A stretch of DNA of 54,876 nucleotides from a virus (Duplodnaviria > Caudoviricetes): positions 1-54,876 of the IMG/VR virus record IMGVR_UViG_3300043015_002761; one strand, given 5' to 3'. The position numbers and the translations under genes were made by a program. Position 1 is the stretch's first letter. Each line of letters starts with the position of its first letter. Shown one piece after another: positions 9,911-18,713 of the stretch. The notes beneath the pieces were generated by a model, which saw only the letters and a program-made list of their open reading frames with translations, searched no databases and was not told the origin of the DNA.

Positions 9911-12532
9911 TTAAGTAGCAAATCTAGGATTTGGATTAAGTTTACCAACCCTACCTGTACCAGCACTTGTATCTTTCAATCCGTTATTTAATGTTTGTCT
10001 AGCGTAAGCGTTATTAACAATATTTTCAACTATTAAATTAGCTAAAGAAGTATCACTACCAAGACCATTAATATTAATATCAATTTTTTGGTTTTCATGT
10101 TTATGTATAACTTCAGATTTACCTCCATTATTACCAGTAAATTCTTTAGCAGCCTTATCCAACTTACCTTCTTGTGTTGAAGCTAAAAGAACGTCATTTA
10201 CCTTCATAAATTTATCCTTTGGGTTAAATTGAATTATACCATCACTAACGTTACTTATATCACCACCTTTTCTACCTGTGGTACCCTTGTTTTTGTCACC
10301 AAAAAATTCATCATAAATACCCATTCCTCCACCAATAAGTCCACCAATAACACCTCCAGCAACATTACCCAATCCTGGTATAACACTACCTAATAGAGCA
10401 CCATAACCAGCATATTCAGCAGCTTTACCAGCAACACCAATACTTTTCCCCAAATTACTATCTGGGTCATCCATAAATCCTCTACCAACATCAGCCGCAA
10501 GTGCTACAGCACCAAGACCAGTAAACGCTTTAGTACCCTTGGCTAAAGATTTACCTAATTTCATTGTACCACCAAAACCGAAACCACCCTTATTACCAAT
10601 CTTTGTTGCTTTAGCTAATAAATTCCTTCTCATACCACCTTTCTTACCACCTCTTAGAAACCTACTAAGCATATTACCACCACCTACGTCAGAACCACCG
10701 CCTCCGCCTCCACCAACATTAGCCACTGTATTAAAACCTTTACCAAGCATCATACCATTTGCATACCATTTCATACTATCCCATAAGAATCCACCTACAG
10801 TTTTAAGTAATAATGCCGAACCAGCAATAAACGCTGTCTTTATTGGGTTATCTGTTATCCATTTAACTAACGTACCAGCTAATTCAACAGCTCCTTTAAC
10901 AAAATCTTTTAATCTATCTAAGAAACCACTATTTTTTAAATTTTCAACAAAGTTTTGTAGAGGTTCACCAACAAATTCTTTAAGTTTTATTGCGACATCT
11001 AAAAACTGTTGTTTAAGTGTTTGTATAGTGTCATTTATGGTATCATCGAATGTCCTAGCTTGTTTTGCCCTCTCTTCTAATGATTGTTTTTGTGTTTTAA
11101 TACTTTCTAAGTCAGCCTTCTTAAGGTCTTTAACATCTCTACTAAACGTACCAACATTAATTTCCCATTGACCAGATTCTTGATTAAATTTAGCAAGACT
11201 TGAAACTAATTCCTTATCTTTTTCATTCATACTTATTGGTGATACTTGTCCAATAGCTTCTACCCTCTTTTGAGCTTCAGCCATCTTAGTTAACTCTTCA
11301 ACACCAATACCAGTAATCTTAGATATTTCTCGCAACCTATCTCTCGCTAGACCACCCTTAACTTCGAATGTACCACTTTCTTTGTTAAACTTAACAAATT
11401 CACCCGCAGCCTTACCAATGTCCTTAGCAAACCCCTCAAAATCGTTCCTAGCTTTAAACATTAATTGCATTGGGTTACCAAGTTTAGCAAACTCACCACC
11501 CATTGTACTAAGTTGAGCCGCCATCTCAATAGCGCCTTCTGGTCTAAACACCTTTTCAGCCATACCAGCAATACCATCCATATCTAACTTAAGTCTAAGT
11601 GCATCAGCTGACATTTTACCTAATGCTTTAACACCACCCTTAAATCCGTACTTTTGAGCTAATTTTAAATTCTTTTGAAGTGTTGATGCTGCCTTAGATG
11701 AATTAACACCCATTTCACCAGCTGTATTCATTGTATCCTCAACTAGTTTAGCTGAAGCTTCAACACTCATACCGAAGTCATCAGCTGAAGCCGCCATTTG
11801 TACCGCAAATTCAGCACCAAGACCAGTACCTTGTGACATACCAGCCATAGCTTTAAGACCACCTTCAGTAAGCTTAACACTTCTACCTATTTCCTCACTA
11901 TAACCTCTTTGTAATTTTGCTAATTCTTTGATGTTAACACCCATCATGGTTGTTGAATCAGCAGCTCTATTCATATTAGTTGCGAAAGCTTCGTATTGCT
12001 TGTTACCAATCCCCATACTTCTGGCAGCATTACGAATTTCTCTATCCATCTCAAAGATACCAGATTTTTTAATCTTATCAACAGCCCAACCGATAACTTT
12101 ACCAGTAGTTTTAAACCCAGCTTTTAATAAATTAGCTTTCCTAACTGATTTACTTATTTCTTCAGTTTGTTTTTCTAGCTCTTTAGTTTGTTCTTCAAGG
12201 TAGTCTAAATTCTTTTTTCTATATTTAACTTGTTGTTTTAAGGTTTTAAGTATTTCTTTTTCTTTATTACTTAAATAACCATTTTGTTTCTTTTGTTTTT
12301 CCTTAAGGTCTTTTAATTGTTTTTCTTCATCCTTTAATTTTTTAGCTTCTTCAGCTTCTTTTTGTTTAAGATGAGTAATATCCTTCTGTAATTGGTTAAC
12401 TTTAGCTAATGCCTCAAAATAACCACCAAGACCCTTTTCAAGCTCTTGCTGCATCTTTCTTTGGTCTTCTAACTGTTTTTTAATATCAGATAAATTACCT
12501 TTCCATCTGTCAAATCCATTATTTTCAGCCAT
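9911..12532 (-). CDS. Tape measure protein
   Basis: 873 aa; coiled-coil N-terminus, Ala/Gly/Lys/Met-rich helical core, hydrophobic and glycine-zipper segments (GALLGSVIPGLGNVAGGVIGGLIGGGMG); lies downstream of tube and chaperone genes. Confidence 0.85.
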   Translation of the reverse strand: MAENNGFDRWKGNLSDIKKQLEDQRKMQQELEKGLGGYFEALAKVNQLQKDITHLKQKEAEEAKKLKDEEKQLKDLKEKQKKQNGYLSNKEKEILKTLKQQVKYRKKNLDYLEEQTKELEKQTEEISKSVRKANLLKAGFKTTGKVIGWAVDKIKKSGIFEMDREIRNAARSMGIGNKQYEAFATNMNRAADSTTMMGVNIKELAKLQRGYSEEIGRSVKLTEGGLKAMAGMSQGTGLGAEFAVQMAASADDFGMSVEASAKLVEDTMNTAGEMGVNSSKAASTLQKNLKLAQKYGFKGGVKALGKMSADALRLKLDMDGIAGMAEKVFRPEGAIEMAAQLSTMGGEFAKLGNPMQLMFKARNDFEGFAKDIGKAAGEFVKFNKESGTFEVKGGLARDRLREISKITGIGVEELTKMAEAQKRVEAIGQVSPISMNEKDKELVSSLAKFNQESGQWEINVGTFSRDVKDLKKADLESIKTQKQSLEERAKQARTFDDTINDTIQTLKQQFLDVAIKLKEFVGEPLQNFVENLKNSGFLDRLKDFVKGAVELAGTLVKWITDNPIKTAFIAGSALLLKTVGGFLWDSMKWYANGMMLGKGFNTVANVGGGGGGGSDVGGGNMLSRFLRGGKKGGMRRNLLAKATKIGNKGGFGFGGTMKLGKSLAKGTKAFTGLGAVALAADVGRGFMDDPDSNLGKSIGVAGKAAEYAGYGALLGSVIPGLGNVAGGVIGGLIGGGMGIYDEFFGDKNKGTTGRKGGDISNVSDGIIQFNPKDKFMKVNDVLLASTQEGKLDKAAKEFTGNNGGKSEVIHKHENQKIDININGLGSDTSLANLIVENIVNNAYARQTLNNGLKDTSAGTGRVGKLNPNPRFAT

Positions 12533-12538
12533 TATCTA

Positions 12539-14557
12539 TTACTTTTTTTCTTGTTTATTTTCTTCTTTCTTTATTTCTACAACACCTTCACCAACTTCTG
12601 GGTTAGTTTTATTATTACCAGTGTTATAATATATCTTAACCTCATACTTTAATAATTTATCAGTTTCATCTAACTTCTTATTTAAATAAATCCTAAAGTA
12701 TAATTTTTCTTCTTTATTTAAAGTTGGTTTGAAATTAGTTTCAACCATAGGTACGTTTTTATCACCATTAATTCTATTAGATTTAGTTTTAAATTTTTCA
12801 AATTTACTAGGTTTTATTGGTTTTATGTAAGAACTGCTTTTAGTTTCCTTACTATTTATATCACTTAAAGCTTTATCCATAATTTGTTCTTTAAGATTTA
12901 AATTAACAAACTGCATAGTTTTTATAGAATTCTTTTCAAATTCTTTAAATTCATCTATAACACTATATAACCTTTTATTAAGTCTATCTTCAGCTGGTAT
13001 AATACCTCTTTCATCACCAAGTTTTAATAAATCAACAAACCAATTAGGTTTTTTCCACATAGCATCGATAATAGTTTGATTACCCTTGGTTAAATCATCT
13101 ATTATCTTATTTATTTCCTTATCACTTAATTCATCAACAGGTTCAAAAGTTAAATCCTTTAAAACATCTACTAAATCCTCCAGTATCATCTGCTCACTCT
13201 TACCATTACCTTCTTCATTGGAACCACCAAGATATCTTTTAATCCTTAAATCAAATATGAAATCTTCACCCTCACCACTTTGTTTAATATTTACATTACT
13301 TTCATCAATTTCAAATTCTATTAAGTTATCTTTTAAATAAGAATATTTATCAGCTTCTAAAACATCAAAAGAAATACTATTATTATCTTTATTTAATACT
13401 TTTGTTTTAATTGTTTTACCGTCCTTAAAGTTAAATGATACGATATCATCTTCATTATAATTACCAATTTCAAGTGCTAATTCAGTCTTTTCATTTCTAC
13501 TACGCTCACCATTAGTTGAACCTCCAGATTTACTTTCAAAATCTAATATATTATCCAATATAAAGTCTTCACTCTTAGTTTCACCTTTATTATCGGAGCC
13601 ACCTACATATTTTTTAAACTTTAAACTAAATAAAAATTCTTCATTTTCACCACTATTTTTAATTTTAACATTTTTAGGGTCACCATTAAATTCGATGGTA
13701 TCACCTATAGATTTAGTATATCTATCTGATTTTGGTCCACTAACTTTATCTATTTTAAAGGCAATGTTATTACCATCCTTATTAAGTGTTAATAAATCTA
13801 TATCACCACCAGAAAGTTTAAAGGTATACAATTCATCCACCTTAGATGATAAAATCTCATCAATAAGACTTTGTATTTCGTCTTCACCACCAATATCACC
13901 TTCCTTAAAATCTTTACCAATATCACCACTACCAGTATCAATTGTAAACTTAGGTTTTGATGACGGACTTAAATTACAACTAAGACCTGTAGCTTCATCA
14001 TCGAAAACACCTAATTGAACATTTTTCCATGTACCATTTTTCCATGTGTCCCCATTATTTTTTAAATCATTCATGATTAATTTAGGACCCATCTTTAACA
14101 CTTCATTATTAACCAGTGTTGATAATTTTTTAAATTCAGCTTCATCTATTTCACCAGCCTTTTTAGCGTCTTCAACATCCTTAAATGTATTAAATTTACC
14201 ACCACTTTCCTTACTTAAAGCTTCAATGTTTAAATATTTCTTATGTTTACCACGATAAGTAACATTTCCACCTTGGATATCAGCACTAGTCACATGAAAA
14301 AAACTATTCTTATAAACACCATCGTTACAATTAATCATTAATAATTGACCACTAATTGAATCGATAACTTTAAAGTATAATTCACTACCTTTTTTATCAA
14401 TTAATTTAATAGCATCACCTTCTTTTACTTGATTGATACTATTTTGCATATTAGCCTCTAATAAGAGTCTATTATATTGACTTTCTGTTATAATAAGTTT
14501 ACTCTTCTTTTTATTGAAGATTCTATTATATTGTGATTCAGTAATTACTAATTTCAT
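12539..14557 (-). CDS. Hypothetical protein with tandem N-terminal K-L-x-ITESQYNR motif and an internal ~120-aa duplication; possible internal head protein
   Basis: 672 aa, begins MKLVITESQYNRIFNKKKSKLIITESQYNRLLLEA; own TATTTAT motif at 14573-14579. Confidence 0.55.
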   Translation of the reverse strand: MKLVITESQYNRIFNKKKSKLIITESQYNRLLLEANMQNSINQVKEGDAIKLIDKKGSELYFKVIDSISGQLLMINCNDGVYKNSFFHVTSADIQGGNVTYRGKHKKYLNIEALSKESGGKFNTFKDVEDAKKAGEIDEAEFKKLSTLVNNEVLKMGPKLIMNDLKNNGDTWKNGTWKNVQLGVFDDEATGLSCNLSPSSKPKFTIDTGSGDIGKDFKEGDIGGEDEIQSLIDEILSSKVDELYTFKLSGGDIDLLTLNKDGNNIAFKIDKVSGPKSDRYTKSIGDTIEFNGDPKNVKIKNSGENEEFLFSLKFKKYVGGSDNKGETKSEDFILDNILDFESKSGGSTNGERSRNEKTELALEIGNYNEDDIVSFNFKDGKTIKTKVLNKDNNSISFDVLEADKYSYLKDNLIEFEIDESNVNIKQSGEGEDFIFDLRIKRYLGGSNEEGNGKSEQMILEDLVDVLKDLTFEPVDELSDKEINKIIDDLTKGNQTIIDAMWKKPNWFVDLLKLGDERGIIPAEDRLNKRLYSVIDEFKEFEKNSIKTMQFVNLNLKEQIMDKALSDINSKETKSSSYIKPIKPSKFEKFKTKSNRINGDKNVPMVETNFKPTLNKEEKLYFRIYLNKKLDETDKLLKYEVKIYYNTGNNKTNPEVGEGVVEIKKEENKQEKK

Positions 14558-14591
14558 TTGGTATCTTTTAATATAAATATCACTTATAACG

Positions 14592-14625
14592 AAAAATACC
14601 CAACTATTTAATTAGTTAGGTATTT
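14592..14625 (-). terminator. Intrinsic terminator after the chaperone-extension ORF
   Basis: Minus strand ATACCTAACTA ATTAAA TAGTTGGGTAT followed by a T run; one G-U pair; overlaps the stop at 14612. Confidence 0.6.
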
Positions 14626-14884
14626 CTCCACTTTTTAATTTAGCTTTTAATTGTTCACCACCAACTCTAGTAGTTCTACTACCACTTGAATTACTACCTC
14701 TAGCTTGTGCCATCTTCTCTTCCATCATCTCGTTTTTCTTAGTGTGTTCATTAACGAGTGTTGACAGATAGAACCTTCTTTCATAAGTTGGTGCTGATAA
14801 AACATCTTGGTAAGTCATACCTAAGTGTTTTATACAAACATATATTTCCTCTAATAACCCTTCCTTATAATTCTGCGTTAGGCC
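14612..14884 (-). CDS. Tail assembly chaperone extension (gp51-like / lambda gpT analogue), probably reached by +1 frameshift
   Basis: The frame is open from the T7 run at 14885-14891: GLTQNYKEGLLEEIYVCIKHLGMTYQDVLSAPTYERRFYLSTL...; the first ATG (14818) is 22 codons into it. Confidence 0.65.
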   Translation of the reverse strand, partial: GLTQNYKEGLLEEIYVCIKHLGMTYQDVLSAPTYERRFYLSTLVNEHTKKNEMMEEKMAQARGSNSSGSRTTRVGGEQLKAKLKSGEIPN

Positions 14885-16004
14885 AAAAAAACTTTGGTGT
14901 AAAGGGAAGAAAGGTATTTACGGACCCACCTCCAGGAGTCCTTACGGTGATATTCATATCGACACCGCATTCGATTGTGTTAAAGTATTCTCTTAATTTT
15001 TGTGCATCACCCACCCTCATATTTCTAACGAAATCTTTAATGTAAGTTCTATCTCTATTACCGTTAACATCTACTATTTGTGATTCTAAAACAAGTGTTA
15101 CTTCCTCGTTAACAGGATTATCCTTATTAGCGTCAATAATTTCATCTAATTTTTCTAATTCACCTACTGTAAGAATCTTAAATTTAACTAAAACCTTACT
15201 AAGTGGTAATTCATAAGCAAAAAGACCTTCAGAATCTGGTTCAACATTTAATTTTATTTGTCTTAGACTTGATAAGTTAATTTCAGTTTCAAAAACTTCA
15301 TCCTTCTCATCATAAACTAAAATTGGATACATCTCACCGTAACCAGTAGCCCTAAGCCAAATCATAATTGCGTTTCTATCACCAGGTAATAAATCTTTAT
15401 ACCTTAATTCTGGTTCAAGTAATTTTCTGTTAATAAGAATTTCTAAAAACTCACCACTTTCCATTAAATTTGGTGATGTAAGAATATTCTCATCAGCAGT
15501 AGTCATAAAAGCAACCTTAACATTCTTTTTCTTATTTGGGTATAATTTACCCTCTGAAGGTAAAGGTATAATATCAAACGGTTGATTCATTTGAGGTTGA
15601 CTAAGTAATTCAATATAACCATTACTAACTGGTTTTTTACCTCCGTCATAATCCCCATCATTAGAACCACCATTATTAGATGGTGGGGTTGGTGGTGGTG
15701 GGGTTGGTGTTTGAACTATTTCAACTGGTTGTTGAACGTAAGGTGTTGTTTGAGTAGACTGTTCTTTTCTCTTCTCATCCATTTGTTTAGCAATTTCTTC
15801 GTTTTTTCTTAATTGCTCTTCTCTCCATTTAAGTTGTTCTTCAGTTCTTCTTCTCATTTCATTAGCAGCTATAGATTCAGTATCAGAACCGTATTGAGGT
15901 TGAACACCTTCTTGTTCCGCTAATTCATTAGCAATCTTTTCACCAGTTTCGTTAGCTTGTTTAATTTGTTCCTGTGTAGGAAAAACATTAGGTTTTTTAT
16001 CCAT
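14865..16004 (-). CDS. T4 gp26-like baseplate hub assembly protein / tail assembly chaperone
   Basis: IIPLPSEGKLY...KVAFMTTADENILTSPNL...GDRNAIMIWLRATGYGEMY...FFWP after a low-complexity Gln/Glu/Pro N-terminus; located between tube and tape measure. Confidence 0.75.
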   Translation of the reverse strand: MDKKPNVFPTQEQIKQANETGEKIANELAEQEGVQPQYGSDTESIAANEMRRRTEEQLKWREEQLRKNEEIAKQMDEKRKEQSTQTTPYVQQPVEIVQTPTPPPPTPPSNNGGSNDGDYDGGKKPVSNGYIELLSQPQMNQPFDIIPLPSEGKLYPNKKKNVKVAFMTTADENILTSPNLMESGEFLEILINRKLLEPELRYKDLLPGDRNAIMIWLRATGYGEMYPILVYDEKDEVFETEINLSSLRQIKLNVEPDSEGLFAYELPLSKVLVKFKILTVGELEKLDEIIDANKDNPVNEEVTLVLESQIVDVNGNRDRTYIKDFVRNMRVGDAQKLREYFNTIECGVDMNITVRTPGGGSVNTFLPFTPKFFWPNAEL

Positions 16005-16076
16005 GTTAATTTTTTTTTAAAACTATTATCTTATTTAATCTACTAAATAAATATGTTAAGTCAAGTTTTATAAAAC

Positions 16077-16105
16077 AAAAAAAGACCCCTAATGAGGTCT
16101 TTTTA
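16077..16105 (-). terminator. Intrinsic terminator after tail tube gene
   Basis: Minus strand AAAAAGACCTC ATTA GGGGTC followed by T7. Confidence 0.8.
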
Positions 16106-16128
16106 TAAAAATATTTTAAATATAAAAA

Positions 16129-16617
16129 TTAGAAAAGAAGTATTGCTCTATCAAATCTTAAATCAGCAGTGATATCAGCAATAGCATCATCATCCATTGA
16201 TAAATCACCAAAGTTAACATTGGTAAGCATTGTACCTTGAAGTACCCACTTTTCAATTACTACACCAGTTGGGTCAAGCATTTCAAGTTCTACGTCTTTT
16301 TTATAACCAGCAGCATAACCTTGTCTACCAGTGATTGATTCAGATTGTAAACGCACCCATTCCATTATTGCTTGTGCAGCAGAAGGACCAATAGGGTCTC
16401 TAAATGTTACAGAAATTGATTCCCAAGTAAATCTACCGATAACCCAAGTAGATGTGTTAAGGAATGGAATCTCAACTTCGTTTTGTGTAATTGAAGGTCT
16501 AGAAGCAGATGCTAACCACCATTCTTGAATACCTAAAGATGCTGGAAACCTTAAAAGCCATCTATTCTTTTTCTTTGGTTCATAAGGTACGGGCATTTTC
16601 ATCAATAAATCAGCCAT
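16129..16617 (-). CDS. Tail tube protein (T4 gp19-like)
   Basis: 162 aa; YEPKKKNRWLLRF, ASRPSIT...VEIPFLN...GRFTWESISVTFRDPI, YKKDVELEMLDPTGVVIEKWVLQG...FGDLSMDDD. Confidence 0.9.
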   Translation of the reverse strand: MADLLMKMPVPYEPKKKNRWLLRFPASLGIQEWWLASASRPSITQNEVEIPFLNTSTWVIGRFTWESISVTFRDPIGPSAAQAIMEWVRLQSESITGRQGYAAGYKKDVELEMLDPTGVVIEKWVLQGTMLTNVNFGDLSMDDDAIADITADLRFDRAILLF

Positions 16618-16655
16618 GTTGTATAAGTTTTAATTTTTTGTTTTATTCTTTAATT

Positions 16656-16718
16656 ATAAATATGTGGTTTTTATTTTTTTTAATATTTTTGTTTTAAAAC
16701 CACATGTACTAATAAATA
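16656..16718 (-). promoter_or_regulatory. Two putative late promoters (16656-16662, 16712-16718) and a 10-bp inverted repeat upstream of the tube gene
   Basis: Two TATTTAT copies on the minus strand; ATGTGGTTTT (16662-16671) pairs with AAAACCACAT (16696-16705). Confidence 0.55.
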
Positions 16719-16748
16719 TTAATTAATTTGTAAAAAAATATAAAATTG

Positions 16749-16780
16749 TTTGTTTTAATTGAATATTATTCTTATATTAG
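16749..16780 (+). promoter_or_regulatory. Bacteroidota-type sigma70 promoter for the CAP gene
   Basis: TTTG (16749-16752), 20-nt spacer, TATATTAG (16773-16780), one mismatch to TAnnTTTG; ATG follows at 16800. Confidence 0.6.
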
Positions 16781-16799
16781 TACTATAAACATTTTAAGT

Positions 16800-17468
16800 A
16801 TGAAAAATTTAGTATTATTTTTAGCATTTTTTATTGGATTTAATTCATTTTCACAAACTGAATTAGATAGTATTATGATTTCTCAAATTAATAAAATGAG
16901 AACAAACCCTAAATCATACATACCATTAGTTAACAAATATATAGAAATTCAAAAACAAACTTTAATATTAATGAGTAATCCTAATGTTAAAACTAAAACT
17001 AGTGTTAGTAGTGGTAACATGGATAAAAATAATGAAATGATTAATACTAAAACTATTAATGACCCTAAAGAAATCATTAGAAAAAATATAAGTGCTGCTA
17101 GAGAATTAATCGTTATTTTAAATAAAATTGAACCATTAAACGAATTAACTTATAATAGTGAAATGGATTCAATTACAGATTCACATGGTAAATACTTAGA
17201 TAGTGTTAAAAAATTTGGTCACTTTGGTCCTAATGGTGAAAGAGTATACCAAAGATTTAAACCAACTAAATTGAATGTATCTGAAAACTTAGTATCAATT
17301 AATAAAAAAGAAATTGACAATAAAGATTTTTCACAAGCTATCTTAATTTTACTTATAGATGCATTTATTGAAGGTAGAGGTCATAGAAAAAACCTTTTAA
17401 ATCCAGATATAAAATACATCTCAGTATATATCAGTGATAAATTATGTGTTCAAAATTTCGGTTTTTAA
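16800..17468 (+). CDS. Secreted CAP (SCP/PR-1) domain protein
   Basis: Start taken at ATG 16800: signal peptide MKNLVLFLAFFIGFNSFS/Q; CAP motifs INKMR, SH...FGHFGPNG, SENL, GHRKNLLNP. Confidence 0.8.
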   Translation: MKNLVLFLAFFIGFNSFSQTELDSIMISQINKMRTNPKSYIPLVNKYIEIQKQTLILMSNPNVKTKTSVSSGNMDKNNEMINTKTINDPKEIIRKNISAARELIVILNKIEPLNELTYNSEMDSITDSHGKYLDSVKKFGHFGPNGERVYQRFKPTKLNVSENLVSINKKEIDNKDFSQAILILLIDAFIEGRGHRKNLLNPDIKYISVYISDKLCVQNFGF

Positions 17469-17488
17469 TAACCAAGTTGAGGTTTACC

Positions 17489-18631
17489 TCAAAATTCTGG
17501 ACACTCTCTGATTGACCCACCAATATTAACCTTACACTTAGCCGACCCTTTTTCCCTATTACCTTTACCACTACCTGGTTTAATTTTCTTAGTCTTAGAA
17601 CTATATAAATTAGCTTTTGCGTAAGTAATCTTAACTATCTTATCAACAATAACCTCTGGCTCACTATCATCAGCACCTAATGATGAGTATTCGTAATCGA
17701 TAAGTATATCCACACCTCTATCGTCACTGTATTTAATTCTTGAACCACTCCTATCAGTATTAAATTCTTCTTGAGCTCTTTTTAATTCTTCTGAACCTGG
17801 TTTAAGACCACTATTAACTTGACTCGTAGCATCAATTTGAATATTAATACCACCGAAATCAATACCAGACCCTTCAATAGCTTTTTTAGCCTCTTCAGCA
17901 CGTTTTTTAGCTAAAGTATAATTACCAGTAGGGTCAGAGTCACTTATGTAACTAGGAGTCCTCTCAGCATCTGTTTTAGCTAATATGGTGATTGATTTAA
18001 TTGTACCATTAGTAGCTTCTATTGTTTGTAAGAAATTTTGTATTGAATTAATTGTTTCAGTTGGTAAATCATGTGAAAAAGTACTTTGTCTTTCAGCTGT
18101 TGGTATCGATAATGATATTGTATCTGTCATAACAACTGGTTGTTTAGGGTTTTTAACAATTGTGTCGTAAATAGTTTCAATACCAGTTATTACATATCCT
18201 TGATTTTTAAGTTTTGATAACATACTCTTAGTGCTACCATACTTATCACTCTGTCTAACGCTTATATTGGTATTATTCTTTTTTTCATAAGTATCGAAAG
18301 TTCTATTAATCTCTTGAGCATTTTTTTCCATATAACTTTTTAATTCATCGGAATCAATTCTAAGTTTTTCAGCTAAATTATTAATACCCTCTTCATTATT
18401 AAGTGTATTTTCTATTTGATTTCTAAGATTATCATTTTGTAAAATCTTTTCAGCTTTATCTTGAGCTCTACCTACATTCATACCTAAAACTAATGCAGCA
18501 CCTAAAACTAATTCTTTCCAACCTTCTTCAATAATCTGTTCCTCCTTAATTACAATAGGTTTTTCATTTTCTTTTATATGATTTACTAAAAGAGCCAACT
18601 GACGCTCATTAATTAATATTTTCTTACCCAT
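17489..18631 (-). CDS. OmpA-like (peptidoglycan-binding) domain protein with N-terminal propeptide-like and signal-like segments
   Basis: ITILAKTDAERTP...GNYTLAKKRAEEAKKAI...DRGVDILI resembles OmpA-C; N-terminus MGKKILINERQL...IIEE then GWKELVLGAALVLGMNVGRAQ; TATTTAT at 18647-18653. Confidence 0.6.
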   Translation of the reverse strand: MGKKILINERQLALLVNHIKENEKPIVIKEEQIIEEGWKELVLGAALVLGMNVGRAQDKAEKILQNDNLRNQIENTLNNEEGINNLAEKLRIDSDELKSYMEKNAQEINRTFDTYEKKNNTNISVRQSDKYGSTKSMLSKLKNQGYVITGIETIYDTIVKNPKQPVVMTDTISLSIPTAERQSTFSHDLPTETINSIQNFLQTIEATNGTIKSITILAKTDAERTPSYISDSDPTGNYTLAKKRAEEAKKAIEGSGIDFGGINIQIDATSQVNSGLKPGSEELKRAQEEFNTDRSGSRIKYSDDRGVDILIDYEYSSLGADDSEPEVIVDKIVKITYAKANLYSSKTKKIKPGSGKGNREKGSAKCKVNIGGSIRECPEF

Positions 18632-18665
18632 ACTCTGTTTTTAATTATAAATATCTCTAAATAAC

Positions 18666-18691
18666 AAAAAAGCCTCCATTTAGGAGGCTTT
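18666..18691 (-). terminator. Intrinsic terminator after sheath gene
   Basis: Minus strand AAAGCCTCC TAAAT GGAGGC followed by T6. Confidence 0.85.
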
Positions 18692-18713
18692 AATGTTTTA
18701 TATGTTATATCGA

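Noticed and set aside
10539-11171. 210-aa Pro-rich plus-strand ORF and similar antisense ORFs (e.g. 46789-47205, 47329-47736)
   Set aside because: Shadows of Gly-rich minus-strand genes (GGT read as ACC/CCA); no independent signals.
16034-16067. Fourth AACTTG promoter upstream of the gp26-like gene
   Set aside because: AACTTG is present but the sequence at the -7 position (AGATTAAA) does not match; TATTTAT at 16047-16053 explains the leader.
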